Source: Aureliella sp. (GTDB lineage: Bacteria; Planctomycetota; Planctomycetia; Pirellulales; Pirellulaceae). Taken from it: a stretch of 64,000 bases of DNA. Below, in pieces: positions 40,987 to 49,821 of this stretch. How positions within the stretch are numbered: position 1 is the stretch's first letter; every line of letters begins with the position of its first letter. Location: assembly GCA_963691875.1 (NCBI GenBank), contig OY829846.1, forward strand, positions 2,240,001-2,304,000, given 5' to 3'. The translations under genes were made by a program, and so were the position numbers. The notes under the pieces are model-generated. The model ran no database searches. It was not told where the DNA came from and worked only from the letters and a program-made list of their open reading frames with translations.

Positions 40987-41547
40987 CTACTCTTCCATCA
41001 CTTCTGCTTCTCGCGCCTTGGCTGCATTGGTAGCCTCGGCTTCATACTTCTTGGTGAGTTCTTGGACGTCGTCCTTGAACTTGTCGCGATCGTCCTCAGA
41101 GATCTCCTTATCTTTCTCTGCTTGCTCAATCGCTTTGTTGGCGTCGCGTCGAATGTTGCGAATCGAAATCTTCGCTTCTTCAGACAACTCCTTGATGCGC
41201 GAGACCATCTTCTTACGAACATCCGTGCTAAGCGCGGGGATGTTGATCCGGATGATCTTGCCGTCGTTTTGAGGATTTAGTCCGAGGTCGCTGGATACGA
41301 TCGCTTTTTCGATATCCTTAATCGTGCTGACGTCAAATGGGCGAATCACAAGTTGCGTGGGTTCTGGTGCAGCAATGGAAGCAAGTTGTTTCAAAGGCGA
41401 TTGCGATCCGTAAGCCTCAACTCTTACACTGTCGACCAAGCCTGGAGTCGCTCGTCCCGTGCGAATGCCGCTGAGTGCATTCTTCAAGATACTATTCGCC
41501 TTCTCCATCCGTTCTTCGGCGTCCATCATTACTTCATCAACACTCAT
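40987..41547 (-). CDS. frr: Ribosome recycling factor
   Basis: IRTGRATP, LGLNPQNDG, IRNIRRDAN and EISEDD. Confidence 0.97.
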   Translation of the reverse strand: MSVDEVMMDAEERMEKANSILKNALSGIRTGRATPGLVDSVRVEAYGSQSPLKQLASIAAPEPTQLVIRPFDVSTIKDIEKAIVSSDLGLNPQNDGKIIRINIPALSTDVRKKMVSRIKELSEEAKISIRNIRRDANKAIEQAEKDKEISEDDRDKFKDDVQELTKKYEAEATNAAKAREAEVMEE

Positions 41548-41802
41548 GGAATTCACCTTCCTGTAGACCACGCTGGGATATTTTCGCTTGGATATGAAAG
41601 CAGGATCTGGTCTGGATACCATGCTAGAACTGGTTTTCCAGAGTTGTTCTGATTCGAATCGATTAGGCGTATTGTAGGCAACTTTACGCTGCCTCCATAC
41701 AAGGGGTAGCCTGCAATTCAGGCTATTCAAAGTTCAATCTTGCTCGCCTGACCGGCAGAACAAACTGAGAGGAAACCATCGCTTGCCGATACCCTGTGCC
41801 GC

Positions 41803-42558
41803 CTAAGACTTCTTGGGGCCAATTCTGGTTCCTACTTGCTCGCCGGATACCGCTTTGACAATGTTTCCTTCTTTTTTGAAGTTGAATACCAGCACCGGCA
41901 CAGAGTGTTCGCGGCATTGAGTAATCGCCGTTCCATCCATCACACGCAGGTTTTGTTTGATCACCGTGTCGTAATCAAGCTCTGGATACAGCACCGCGTG
42001 AGGATTCTTTTCTGGATCCTCTGAATAGACTCCATCAACTCGAGTCGCCTTCAAGACGATGTCCGCCCCCAATTCCAAGGCACGTTGAGTGGCTGCCGTG
42101 TCGGTGGTAACGAATGGACTACCCGTTCCTGCAGCCAAGACGACGATACGCCCTTTTTCCATGTGGCGTATGGCACGACGCCGAATGAAGGGTTCGCAGA
42201 CGCCATCCATGCGAATGGCCGACATGACTCGCGTATCACACCCAACACTCTCAAGACCTTCTTGCAGCGACAGAGCGTTGATCACTGTAGCTAGCATACC
42301 CATATAGTGAGCCGTTGCTTCCTCGATCATTTGACCGTTCGTCGTCTTGAACTGTGCTCCACGAAGGATGTTTCCACCGCCGACGACGAGGCCGATTTGG
42401 CATCCAAGCTCCCATGCCTGTTTGACTTGCCGACAGATGGCCACGACTTCTTCCATCGATATTCCCCGTTCGCCAGGCCGACTCAGGCTTTCGCCGGACA
42501 GCTTGAGGATGACTCGATTGAAGTGCGGAGAGGAGTTTTCAGAAGTGTTGTCAGCCAT
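41803..42558 (-). CDS. pyrH: UMP kinase
   Basis: [33 protein letters not shown] and VDGVYSEDP. Confidence 0.97.
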   Translation of the reverse strand: MADNTSENSSPHFNRVILKLSGESLSRPGERGISMEEVVAICRQVKQAWELGCQIGLVVGGGNILRGAQFKTTNGQMIEEATAHYMGMLATVINALSLQEGLESVGCDTRVMSAIRMDGVCEPFIRRRAIRHMEKGRIVVLAAGTGSPFVTTDTAATQRALELGADIVLKATRVDGVYSEDPEKNPHAVLYPELDYDTVIKQNLRVMDGTAITQCREHSVPVLVFNFKKEGNIVKAVSGEQVGTRIGPKKS

Positions 42559-43059
42559 AGTTTTTGCCGGACAGGAGAGGCGAGATGGATCCAAAGTTCT
42601 CATGGTCGCAAACAATCGCCGGCAAGTCCACGCCCCATTCTGAGATTGGGCATTGCTCGTTTCTCAAGCATTTCGCCGTTGAGGAAGAATGCTACGAGCG
42701 TGAGCACAGCGAGAGCACATATGGTAACACCTGAAACACACTGTTGAATTGTCGGGCTATCATGCAGGATTTAGAATCCGACCGCTGCTCGCACAATGGG
42801 CCAACTCTCTTCCTTGAAAAACGGCTTGCCGAACGGTAATCTTTGCTCCCCTTGAAGTCGATTCATTGGCTGCAGGAGAGGCTGTCCGGCACCACAAGAG
42901 GCAGGAGAAGCCACGAATTCAAGAAAACTGCCAGCCCTAAAGAGTTGTCTAAGATCGGGAGGCAGAACAGAATAGAGCATTGGACGGGCGGCGGCTCGCA
43001 GGAATTCGGCTCTTCACCCAGCTTGGCCATCTGAGCCAAACAACCACGTAGTTCGATAT

Positions 43060-43908
43060 ATGCCAATCAAAGTTAAGTGCAGTTGTGGCCAGGTTTTGTC
43101 TGTCTCTTCGAAGCTGGCAGGTAAAGCCGGGAAATGCCCCAAATGCAGCAAGCACATCAAGATTCCAACGCCGAAAAAACCGGCAGCCCCCGCAGCGGCA
43201 GCAGCTAGCCCCGCCGCTCCCAATCCCGCCGCTGCTGGTGCCTTTGATTCCATTCTGGAAGATGCTGGTCTCACACAGAAGTCCGGTCCTACTTGCCCAA
43301 GCTGTATGGCTGACATCAAGCCTGGCACGGTGATCTGCACGGCCTGCGGATTCAATCTTGAAAGCGGCGAAACGATGACTGGCTACGACGCCAAAGCATC
43401 GGGGCCCGAGTTCGACAACATGTACCTGCAGGAAGCTGCGGACAACATGGTGCGTGACAAGATGATGGATCGCCGTCGCGAACAAGCCCAGATGCCTTGG
43501 TGGGTTATCATGTCTTTTTTCATCGGCGCGGTCACACTTTGCGCCGCGGGCGTCATCATCGTCGACGGTAAACTGGCGACCCCCGCCGATGAAAACACTT
43601 TCATCGGTAAGCTCCAACGCTGGCCAGTATTTACGACGATCGGAATGACAGCGATTATCACCGGTACGGCGATCATTTCATTCGCCCATATGAGCGTGAC
43701 AGGGTTTGGATTCAAGAAGAGCCGGGGGCAGGGCTTTGCCTGCGTCTTCGGACCGCTGATCTACTCACTCGTATATGGCATTATGAATTGGGTCGACTGC
43801 AAGGCTGCGATTAAGGCTATCGGCGTTGGACTTGGTTTTGTTGGCGTCGGCGTGTTCTTAGTCATCCAGGGCGGCGGTTTCAACGACGTCATCAATGCGT
43901 TTCGGTAA
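43060..43908 (+). CDS. Zinc-ribbon membrane protein
   Basis: CSCG...CPKC and CPSC...CTACG; about 4 C-terminal TMs. Confidence 0.8.
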   Translation: MPIKVKCSCGQVLSVSSKLAGKAGKCPKCSKHIKIPTPKKPAAPAAAAASPAAPNPAAAGAFDSILEDAGLTQKSGPTCPSCMADIKPGTVICTACGFNLESGETMTGYDAKASGPEFDNMYLQEAADNMVRDKMMDRRREQAQMPWWVIMSFFIGAVTLCAAGVIIVDGKLATPADENTFIGKLQRWPVFTTIGMTAIITGTAIISFAHMSVTGFGFKKSRGQGFACVFGPLIYSLVYGIMNWVDCKAAIKAIGVGLGFVGVGVFLVIQGGGFNDVINAFR

Positions 43909-44115
43909 GCGGTCCCAAGACTTCTCGCTCCGGTGATCCTGAGCTTCAACCGCGGACTCAACAACTGTCCCAATAGATTCCAGGATTTCTAGGGATTTTC
44001 CCAAGATCTCTGCTACGTTGTCGAATCATAGCAAGCTCCGCACAGTAGCAAAGCTATAGCAGGCCAACTTAAGTGTTGCTAAGTTGACATTTCCTAGACA
44101 ACGTAGAGGTGTGTC

Positions 44116-44852
44116 ATGATGGAAGAAACTCAAGCGTACTCACAAGAGCCGCTGCCGTCGTTTCGCAGTTCAGCCACCGATGCCTTCAAAGCGATCATCG
44201 AGACGCCAAACTGGGTCGGCAACCTACTTTGGCTGACAATTGCCGGAGTCGCGAGTTCTATTCTCGTCGGGCAAATTGCGGCGTTTGGGTATGGCGTGGA
44301 ATTGCTTCGGCGTCGAGCTGGACGTCCAGAAATGCCGAATCTGACATCGACTCAGATCGACTAGGAGACTACCTGTCACAGGGAATCTGGCCGTTCCTCG
44401 TCGCGTTGGTCATCCAGTTCGGCACTTCAATGGTTCTGGCATTACCCTTCGGCCTACTCTTTGTAGTCGGTTTACTTGCCATGGGCGATATCGTCGGACT
44501 TGGTGCAGTGGTTCTTGCCCCTATAGTCATCGTAGCCTCTTTGCTTGCATCCATTCTGACGGTGCCATTCGTACTTCGTGCCATGATATGCCAGGATTTC
44601 GTGAAAGCCTTTGATCTTGGCTGGGCTATCCACTTTGTCAAATTGATGGTGGGTGAGATGATTTTGTCAGGGATCATCTTTTTCGTTCTTGCGTGGCTGC
44701 TCAACCTCGCAGGCGCACTCGCTTGCTGCGTCGGAGTCTTTGTGACATCTGGATGGGTACTTGGCGCTACGATGCATCTCGACGCTCAGTTGTACGAAGT
44801 CTACCTAAGTCGTGGTGGTGAGCCTGTGCCAGAACCTACCCTGAACAGCTAG
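44116..44852 (+). pseudogene. DUF4013-like membrane protein with a single-base frameshift at about 44340
   Basis: First frame (…PNWVGNLLW…FGYGVELLRR…PEMPN) continues in the other frame as DIDSDRLGDYLSQGIWPF…GALACCVG; one inserted base gives a 245-aa ORF. Confidence 0.8.
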
Positions 44853-44892
44853 CGGCCATCTGCATGGCCGCAATTGATTCGCCTTAGCGAGC

Positions 44893-45699
44893 TCAGGCAA
44901 CGCCCATGTTTGCGTGCAACAAGCGAATTCCTTGGCCATCCAAGCTGGCCTGAAGTCGCATGTCGACATCGGAAACAAAGTGCACTTGAAACGGGCGTTG
45001 GGAACTTGGCTGCAGGCCCGTTGTGAAGCTCAAACCAGCCCGAATTTCTCCGCCGAGTTGTGGAAGTAGTTCCCGCAAAAATTCTAACGGTTGCTCGACG
45101 CCAACAAGAGCAACTCGCTTTCGAGCATTCACCAGCTCGGCCGTCTCGATGAGAAGACTTGCATTGGGCGACGCGGACCGCAAATCGCCAGCTCCCAAGT
45201 TAGGTGCCCAAGATGGAGTACTGTCGGGCACAACCCCAGTTCGACTTGCATTGGTTAAATTGAAGGAATTCGTGTCAGAGCATCCGCGGATCGGGGCATC
45301 CGGCAGCGTCATCGTTTCCAATGAGCGTGGAATGTCGAGAGGCATTCGTAGATGTCCCAGCGAGAGAGCTGTCGAGGCGACCAGTCCAGGATCATTTTGA
45401 TACGCTGCAAGCTGTTGCGTCGATATCAAACAGATAAGCGTCACCACGCGATTCCCACCTCGGCAGCTGTACTCAGGCCCGCCCCAGACTGTTCTGGCAA
45501 TTGCCTTAAAACCGTGACTCAGTGAATAGAAACTCAAAAACCAATCGTTCTGATCCGCAGAGTCTGGTAGTTGGCTGGGCGACCAGCGGCTGAGTTCCTG
45601 AGCCATATTGCGATCGATGCCTGCCGAACGGCAGACCAGCTGATAGCCCTTGATTCGGCTACGCTGTGAAGAGGTGAAGATCGCTTGTTCGAGTTGCAT
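44893..45699 (-). CDS. GTPase-associated protein 1 (GAP1-N2/GAP1-M)-like protein
   Basis: EQAIFTS...GYQLVCRSAGI...ARTVWGGPEYSCRGG N-domain and LLPQL...R.GLSFTTG middle domain; immediately downstream of a GTPase. Confidence 0.65.
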   Translation of the reverse strand: MQLEQAIFTSSQRSRIKGYQLVCRSAGIDRNMAQELSRWSPSQLPDSADQNDWFLSFYSLSHGFKAIARTVWGGPEYSCRGGNRVVTLICLISTQQLAAYQNDPGLVASTALSLGHLRMPLDIPRSLETMTLPDAPIRGCSDTNSFNLTNASRTGVVPDSTPSWAPNLGAGDLRSASPNASLLIETAELVNARKRVALVGVEQPLEFLRELLPQLGGEIRAGLSFTTGLQPSSQRPFQVHFVSDVDMRLQASLDGQGIRLLHANMGVA

Positions 45700-45845
45700 G
45701 AGTTTGAACTACAGAACCGGTGTTGCTAGAGGCACGACGCGCAAGCTAGTGAGTGCTGTTATTAAGGCAAGCCGCTGCCTGCGGCTGGACGCTAACGACC
45801 GTTGTTGTGCGTATGGGACTCACTCGTTTGCGTGGCGTGCCTGCA

Positions 45846-46733
45846 TTACTTTTCATCTACGAGCCAACGAAGTGGTTCGACCACTCCGTAAGGCTGAATG
45901 TGGAATGGCACTCTTGCCTGCCAGCCATTGGCGTCAACGAGAACGCCCGAACTCCCAGCAACGCCAGCAGCAAAGAACTGAGTTCGATTGAATGTCCGTT
46001 GGCAGAACTCGTAAAGCCGAGCCGTATTGTGCTTGGCAAAGGTATCGGGTGACTCCAGCGCTTCGGGACAGGTATCGCACTTTGTGAATACGATGGCCAC
46101 CGACGGTCCTGCCGGCCCGCGTCGCTGACCAGCTTGCAAGCGATGCTGTTCTGCAACGTAGGATGCGAGCTTCATCGCAAACAGATCTTCTCCGGCTCCT
46201 TCATCCCGTACACGAACCGCATCGCAAAGGAACAGAATTCCGCTGCTTCTTTGAACGATATGCTGCACGGCGGGATAAAGCCCTGGCTGGGCAATTTCCA
46301 TCGCGATGGCTTCACCCGCAAAATCAGGCGAGACGAGATCAATAGTTTTGTCTCCCTTCTTTCGGGCCATCGAGATTTTGCAATGCAACCACTGCCAAGC
46401 GTCTACTTCTGCTGGGGTCTTCTCGGGGAATGACCGGCGCTCCAAGGCAGTGATAACGTTCTCTTGAAGGTCAACAGAAAAAGAGCTTAAAGCGGCCCCG
46501 CGGAAGTCTTCTTTGCCTTTGCTGAGAATGTCAAGTAGCAGTCCAGAGTAAACGGTCTTGCCAGCGTTGCTTGCTCCGAGCACAGATATGAATCGGTCAG
46601 CTCCTCCACCAGAAATGACCGACTGCGAAAGTGAGGTAGGAGTTTGGCAGTCCGGACAAAACTCGTCGCGCGAGGCCAGTCGCGTTGAACAGCAAACACA
46701 GTAGTCGGCGATAGCTCCACTCGTGGCGATCAT
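45846..46733 (-). CDS. TRAFAC-class GTPase (double-GTPase-2-like) with an N-terminal zinc ribbon
   Basis: CVCC...CPDC; G1 GASNAGKT, G2 PEKT, G3 DFAGE and G4 FTKCD. Confidence 0.85.
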   Translation of the reverse strand: MIATSGAIADYCVCCSTRLASRDEFCPDCQTPTSLSQSVISGGGADRFISVLGASNAGKTVYSGLLLDILSKGKEDFRGAALSSFSVDLQENVITALERRSFPEKTPAEVDAWQWLHCKISMARKKGDKTIDLVSPDFAGEAIAMEIAQPGLYPAVQHIVQRSSGILFLCDAVRVRDEGAGEDLFAMKLASYVAEQHRLQAGQRRGPAGPSVAIVFTKCDTCPEALESPDTFAKHNTARLYEFCQRTFNRTQFFAAGVAGSSGVLVDANGWQARVPFHIQPYGVVEPLRWLVDEK

Positions 46734-47755
46734 AGTCTTTCCTCCGACGTGCTTACTTCTGGTTTAAAGTTGACTTGATCTGCAGTCACGCAGCAACGGA
46801 ATCCAACATTTGCGGCGCGGTGGTAGACGGGATTCCCTGAGCGAAACTGACAGGTTGCCTGAGAAGCGAAGTAGGTATCAAATGCTCCACCGCGGACTTC
46901 CGCGAGAAGCTCATCGAGTACTATTCGTACTTCTCCTTCGCTCGCGGGGCAGTACTGTGCATCCACCCATTCCCAAACATTTCCGACGAGTTGTCGAACG
47001 CCGTTTGGCGTTGCACCTTCGGGCATGTCGTCGACCGAAAGCGTATCCGAGAAATCGTTCTGCCAGAGATTGGCTTTGGTCGGATCGAAAGCATCGCCCC
47101 AGGTATAGCGCTGTTCCGCCGACTCACTGCTGCCAGATGGCCAAGTGCCTGCGCGTTGCCACTGCTCAGATGCAGGCAAGCGTTTTCCTACCCAGCTGGC
47201 ATAGGCACTCGCCTCGTACCAACAGATTCCGACCACAGGATGATCCATGCGATCCGCTGGCGGTTGGCTGTTGGCCCAGTAGCGAGGGCCTGGCTTGCCG
47301 GTGGAATCAGTGAACTGCAAGACCATGGAAAGGATCTCAGCAGGCCAGAGCTGCGCTCGATCGTAGCCACCCGCTTCAACAAATCTCAAGTAGTCTGAAT
47401 TGCTGACACAGCAACGATCCAAGTAGAAAGCACCAACTGGCGTGGGCTCGGCTGCGTATTGCTCCAGCTCATAGCCGTAGCCATCTTCTACCACAGCATC
47501 TTGTTGAATCCGAACCGAACCACCTGGAACAAAAGCCATATCATGCTGGAGGGCACGCCAAGCGCACTCCAAAGAGAGCTCGTCGAAGTCAGAGTTGGTC
47601 AGCACATGGCAGTAGCGACGATCGTGAATGAGACGTCGGCTGTCTGGAGGGGCTTCAGAAACATCTGGAAATAGGCTATCGCGAGTCACGGTTGGCGTGA
47701 CTCCTGCTCCCGTCCACCTACCGAAGGTGTTGCTGATAAATGTGGTCAGTGACAT
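46730..47755 (-). CDS. FGE-sulfatase (SUMF1-like) domain protein
   Basis: FVPGG, HPVVGICWYEASAYASWVGKRLP, GNVWEW, RGGAF and NVGFRC. Confidence 0.9.
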   Translation of the reverse strand: MSLTTFISNTFGRWTGAGVTPTVTRDSLFPDVSEAPPDSRRLIHDRRYCHVLTNSDFDELSLECAWRALQHDMAFVPGGSVRIQQDAVVEDGYGYELEQYAAEPTPVGAFYLDRCCVSNSDYLRFVEAGGYDRAQLWPAEILSMVLQFTDSTGKPGPRYWANSQPPADRMDHPVVGICWYEASAYASWVGKRLPASEQWQRAGTWPSGSSESAEQRYTWGDAFDPTKANLWQNDFSDTLSVDDMPEGATPNGVRQLVGNVWEWVDAQYCPASEGEVRIVLDELLAEVRGGAFDTYFASQATCQFRSGNPVYHRAANVGFRCCVTADQVNFKPEVSTSEERL

Positions 47756-47757
47756 GT

Positions 47758-48366
47758 TCAACCTCTCGGATTCTGCGGGCGTAGGTTGTGTAATTCTTGC
47801 TTGAGTCGTTGAAACTCATCGATGGCAGAACTGGAGCACGCTGCATTGTTGGCTGACACTGGTTTGCTTGGCCGTCCGTTGGGCTGCGTTCTCGTTGTGC
47901 TTGTTTGCTCTATAGCTGGAGCAGCCGCCGGTGATTGGCTCTTTCGGGTTCCACCTTGCGTCGCCGCGAAAGCTTCTTTCGACTGAAGGAAACTGCGCTG
48001 CTCCCCCTCTAGACGCAACCAAGCTTCTTTCAGGAGCCGCAGTTGCTCCTGGATACGCAGCTCCTCCTGCTCCTTCTGGGCCTCCCACAACTCCCGCTGC
48101 TCAGCGAGTTCTCGCATCGCAGCCTTACTCTCGCCATGCTGTGATCGGACCTGCGTCGACTGGCTATGTGCATTATGGGATTGCATCTGGGCCTGGCGTG
48201 CGATCTCTTCGACTAATTGGTCCAATCGATCGCAATAGTGCGTTAGAAACGCATTCACGTCGCCCAAAAGCTTGCGCAGTTGTTCTGTCGCTGTCTGCGG
48301 AGGCTCCTCGACCTCTATATTCTTGGGCTGTGAAATCATCTCGAGAAAAGGGTGCATGGAATTCAT
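47758..48366 (-). CDS. Coiled-coil hypothetical protein
   Basis: E/Q/L heptad-rich helices; tightly spaced with both neighbours. Confidence 0.75.
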   Translation of the reverse strand: MNSMHPFLEMISQPKNIEVEEPPQTATEQLRKLLGDVNAFLTHYCDRLDQLVEEIARQAQMQSHNAHSQSTQVRSQHGESKAAMRELAEQRELWEAQKEQEELRIQEQLRLLKEAWLRLEGEQRSFLQSKEAFAATQGGTRKSQSPAAAPAIEQTSTTRTQPNGRPSKPVSANNAACSSSAIDEFQRLKQELHNLRPQNPRG

Positions 48367-48378
48367 ATATGATTCGCT

Positions 48379-49821
48379 TTACGTGCGATCCTCCTCAACA
48401 CGCTTCCACAGGCTCTTCAGACGGCTGCTGAGAGTGTTGGACTCTTGCTTCCGTTTTTCGCTCATTTGCCGCAAGTGCTGGCGGTGATCCCGAAGGCTTT
48501 GTGAGCTTGGGTCTGTCTCCGCAGTCGGTATCTCTTCGAGCTCCTTCACTTTCTGCGCGAACTCGAACTTCATGCGCGAGACCTCGGCGTGTTCTTTGGC
48601 GATCTTAGCCCGCTCTTCGCGAAGTGCGAGCTCGGTTTGATCCACCTGATTCGCAAGCTTTTGCTGCATGCTTCGCAAGTCTTTCTCGGCGTCCGCCAAG
48701 CGGTCTTGCAAGTCCTGATTGTTGGTCTGCAGCCCTTCAATTGTTTCTTCGTATTGGGCGGGAGCCGAGTGAATATCTGCAGCCGCCTGTTGTAGCTTTT
48801 GATGCAGTTTGGCGATATCATGCTCGGAATCAGACAATCGCTGCCGCAGTGCGTCTTGCTCAGCTTGGTGCTCCTGCTCGCGCTGCCCCACGCGCTTTTC
48901 GATGTCGCCAACCCAGGCTTCGAGGTGCGATCTCTCCTCAACTTCAGCGCGATTGGCATCCTCAGCAGCGTGAAGCATTTCCTCGAGAATCATCACGCGC
49001 TCGTCCGCGCGATTCGCCTCATCGATCAACTCTTGCATGCGTTGCAGCACTTGGTCAGGTGCTTCGGCCTGCTCATCTGCCGGGCCTTCCGCAATCTGCG
49101 TTGGCTCGCTCGCCACCTCAGCGTCATGGGCAGCTAAAGCCGTTCGCAAGTCATCGATCTCGGCCTGCAGCAGCTCAACTGTCGCGCGATCGTAAGTCTC
49201 CTCAAGACCTTCGTCAGCGAAGAAGTCAAAACCACAATCTTCCAGCTGCTCCTCAACAGCGACTTGCTCGCTCTGCGAAGCAACCTCGTCGGCTGGTGCG
49301 ATCTTGGTTTCCACCCGCTGGGCCACGGTTTGCATTTTCGGTTGATCATCCGGTTGATGCTCGAATGCAAGCTCTGCGCTCTCGGTTTGCCAGCGAGGTT
49401 GTTCGTCACCAGTTTCCCCCGCGAAAGGATCCTCTTCGAGCTCTTCCCGCTCGAACTGCAGGGCCATATCGACCGTCTCGAAATTGGACTCAGTGCAATT
49501 TTTTTCGGCCGCATCTGGCTGAGCGATTTGAATCGAGTAAGGACCGACTTCGATAATTGCACCTTGGCCGACTTGTGTTTTCGAAGTGACTTGTTCACCG
49601 TTAAGTAAGGTCGGCTTGGCAGACATCCAGTTTTGCACCCAGAGCTGACCATCTTCCAAACCAATTCGACAGTGAATGTCTGAAATATCCGCTCCTTCCA
49701 GCTGGAGTCCACAGTTGGATGAGCGGCCGATGAAGACGCCATGTTCGCTACCGAGGTCAAAGGAGCGTTTGGATCCGTTAGGATGCCAAGCGACCAGTTT
49801 CACTGCTGTTTGGATCATCAC
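48379..49821 (-). CDS. FHA domain protein with an acidic linker and a long coiled coil
   Basis: FIGRSSNC...ISDIHC...TLLNG...G..IEVG; about 250-aa coiled coil; 4-nt overlap with the upstream gene. Confidence 0.85.
   Translation of the reverse strand: MMIQTAVKLVAWHPNGSKRSFDLGSEHGVFIGRSSNCGLQLEGADISDIHCRIGLEDGQLWVQNWMSAKPTLLNGEQVTSKTQVGQGAIIEVGPYSIQIAQPDAAEKNCTESNFETVDMALQFEREELEEDPFAGETGDEQPRWQTESAELAFEHQPDDQPKMQTVAQRVETKIAPADEVASQSEQVAVEEQLEDCGFDFFADEGLEETYDRATVELLQAEIDDLRTALAAHDAEVASEPTQIAEGPADEQAEAPDQVLQRMQELIDEANRADERVMILEEMLHAAEDANRAEVEERSHLEAWVGDIEKRVGQREQEHQAEQDALRQRLSDSEHDIAKLHQKLQQAAADIHSAPAQYEETIEGLQTNNQDLQDRLADAEKDLRSMQQKLANQVDQTELALREERAKIAKEHAEVSRMKFEFAQKVKELEEIPTAETDPSSQSLRDHRQHLRQMSEKRKQESNTLSSRLKSLWKRVEEDRT

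Noticed and set aside
41548..41730. Long N-terminal extension on frr (likewise on pyrH, the ABC ATPase and the M1 peptidase)
   Set aside because: ORF-caller artefact from upstream alternative starts; family homology begins at the downstream ATG
45712..45733. Resemblance of AGAACCGG..GCTAG..CA upstream of the GAP1-like gene to the right arm of the 56062 hairpin
   Set aside because: Gapped, short match with no partner arm; insufficient support
46730..47755. Diversity-generating retroelement target (FGE/C-type lectin fold)
   Set aside because: No reverse transcriptase and no template/variable repeat pair seen in the window
48624..49556. 310-aa plus-strand ORF
   Set aside because: Antisense to the FHA coiled-coil gene; Arg/Pro-rich shadow composition
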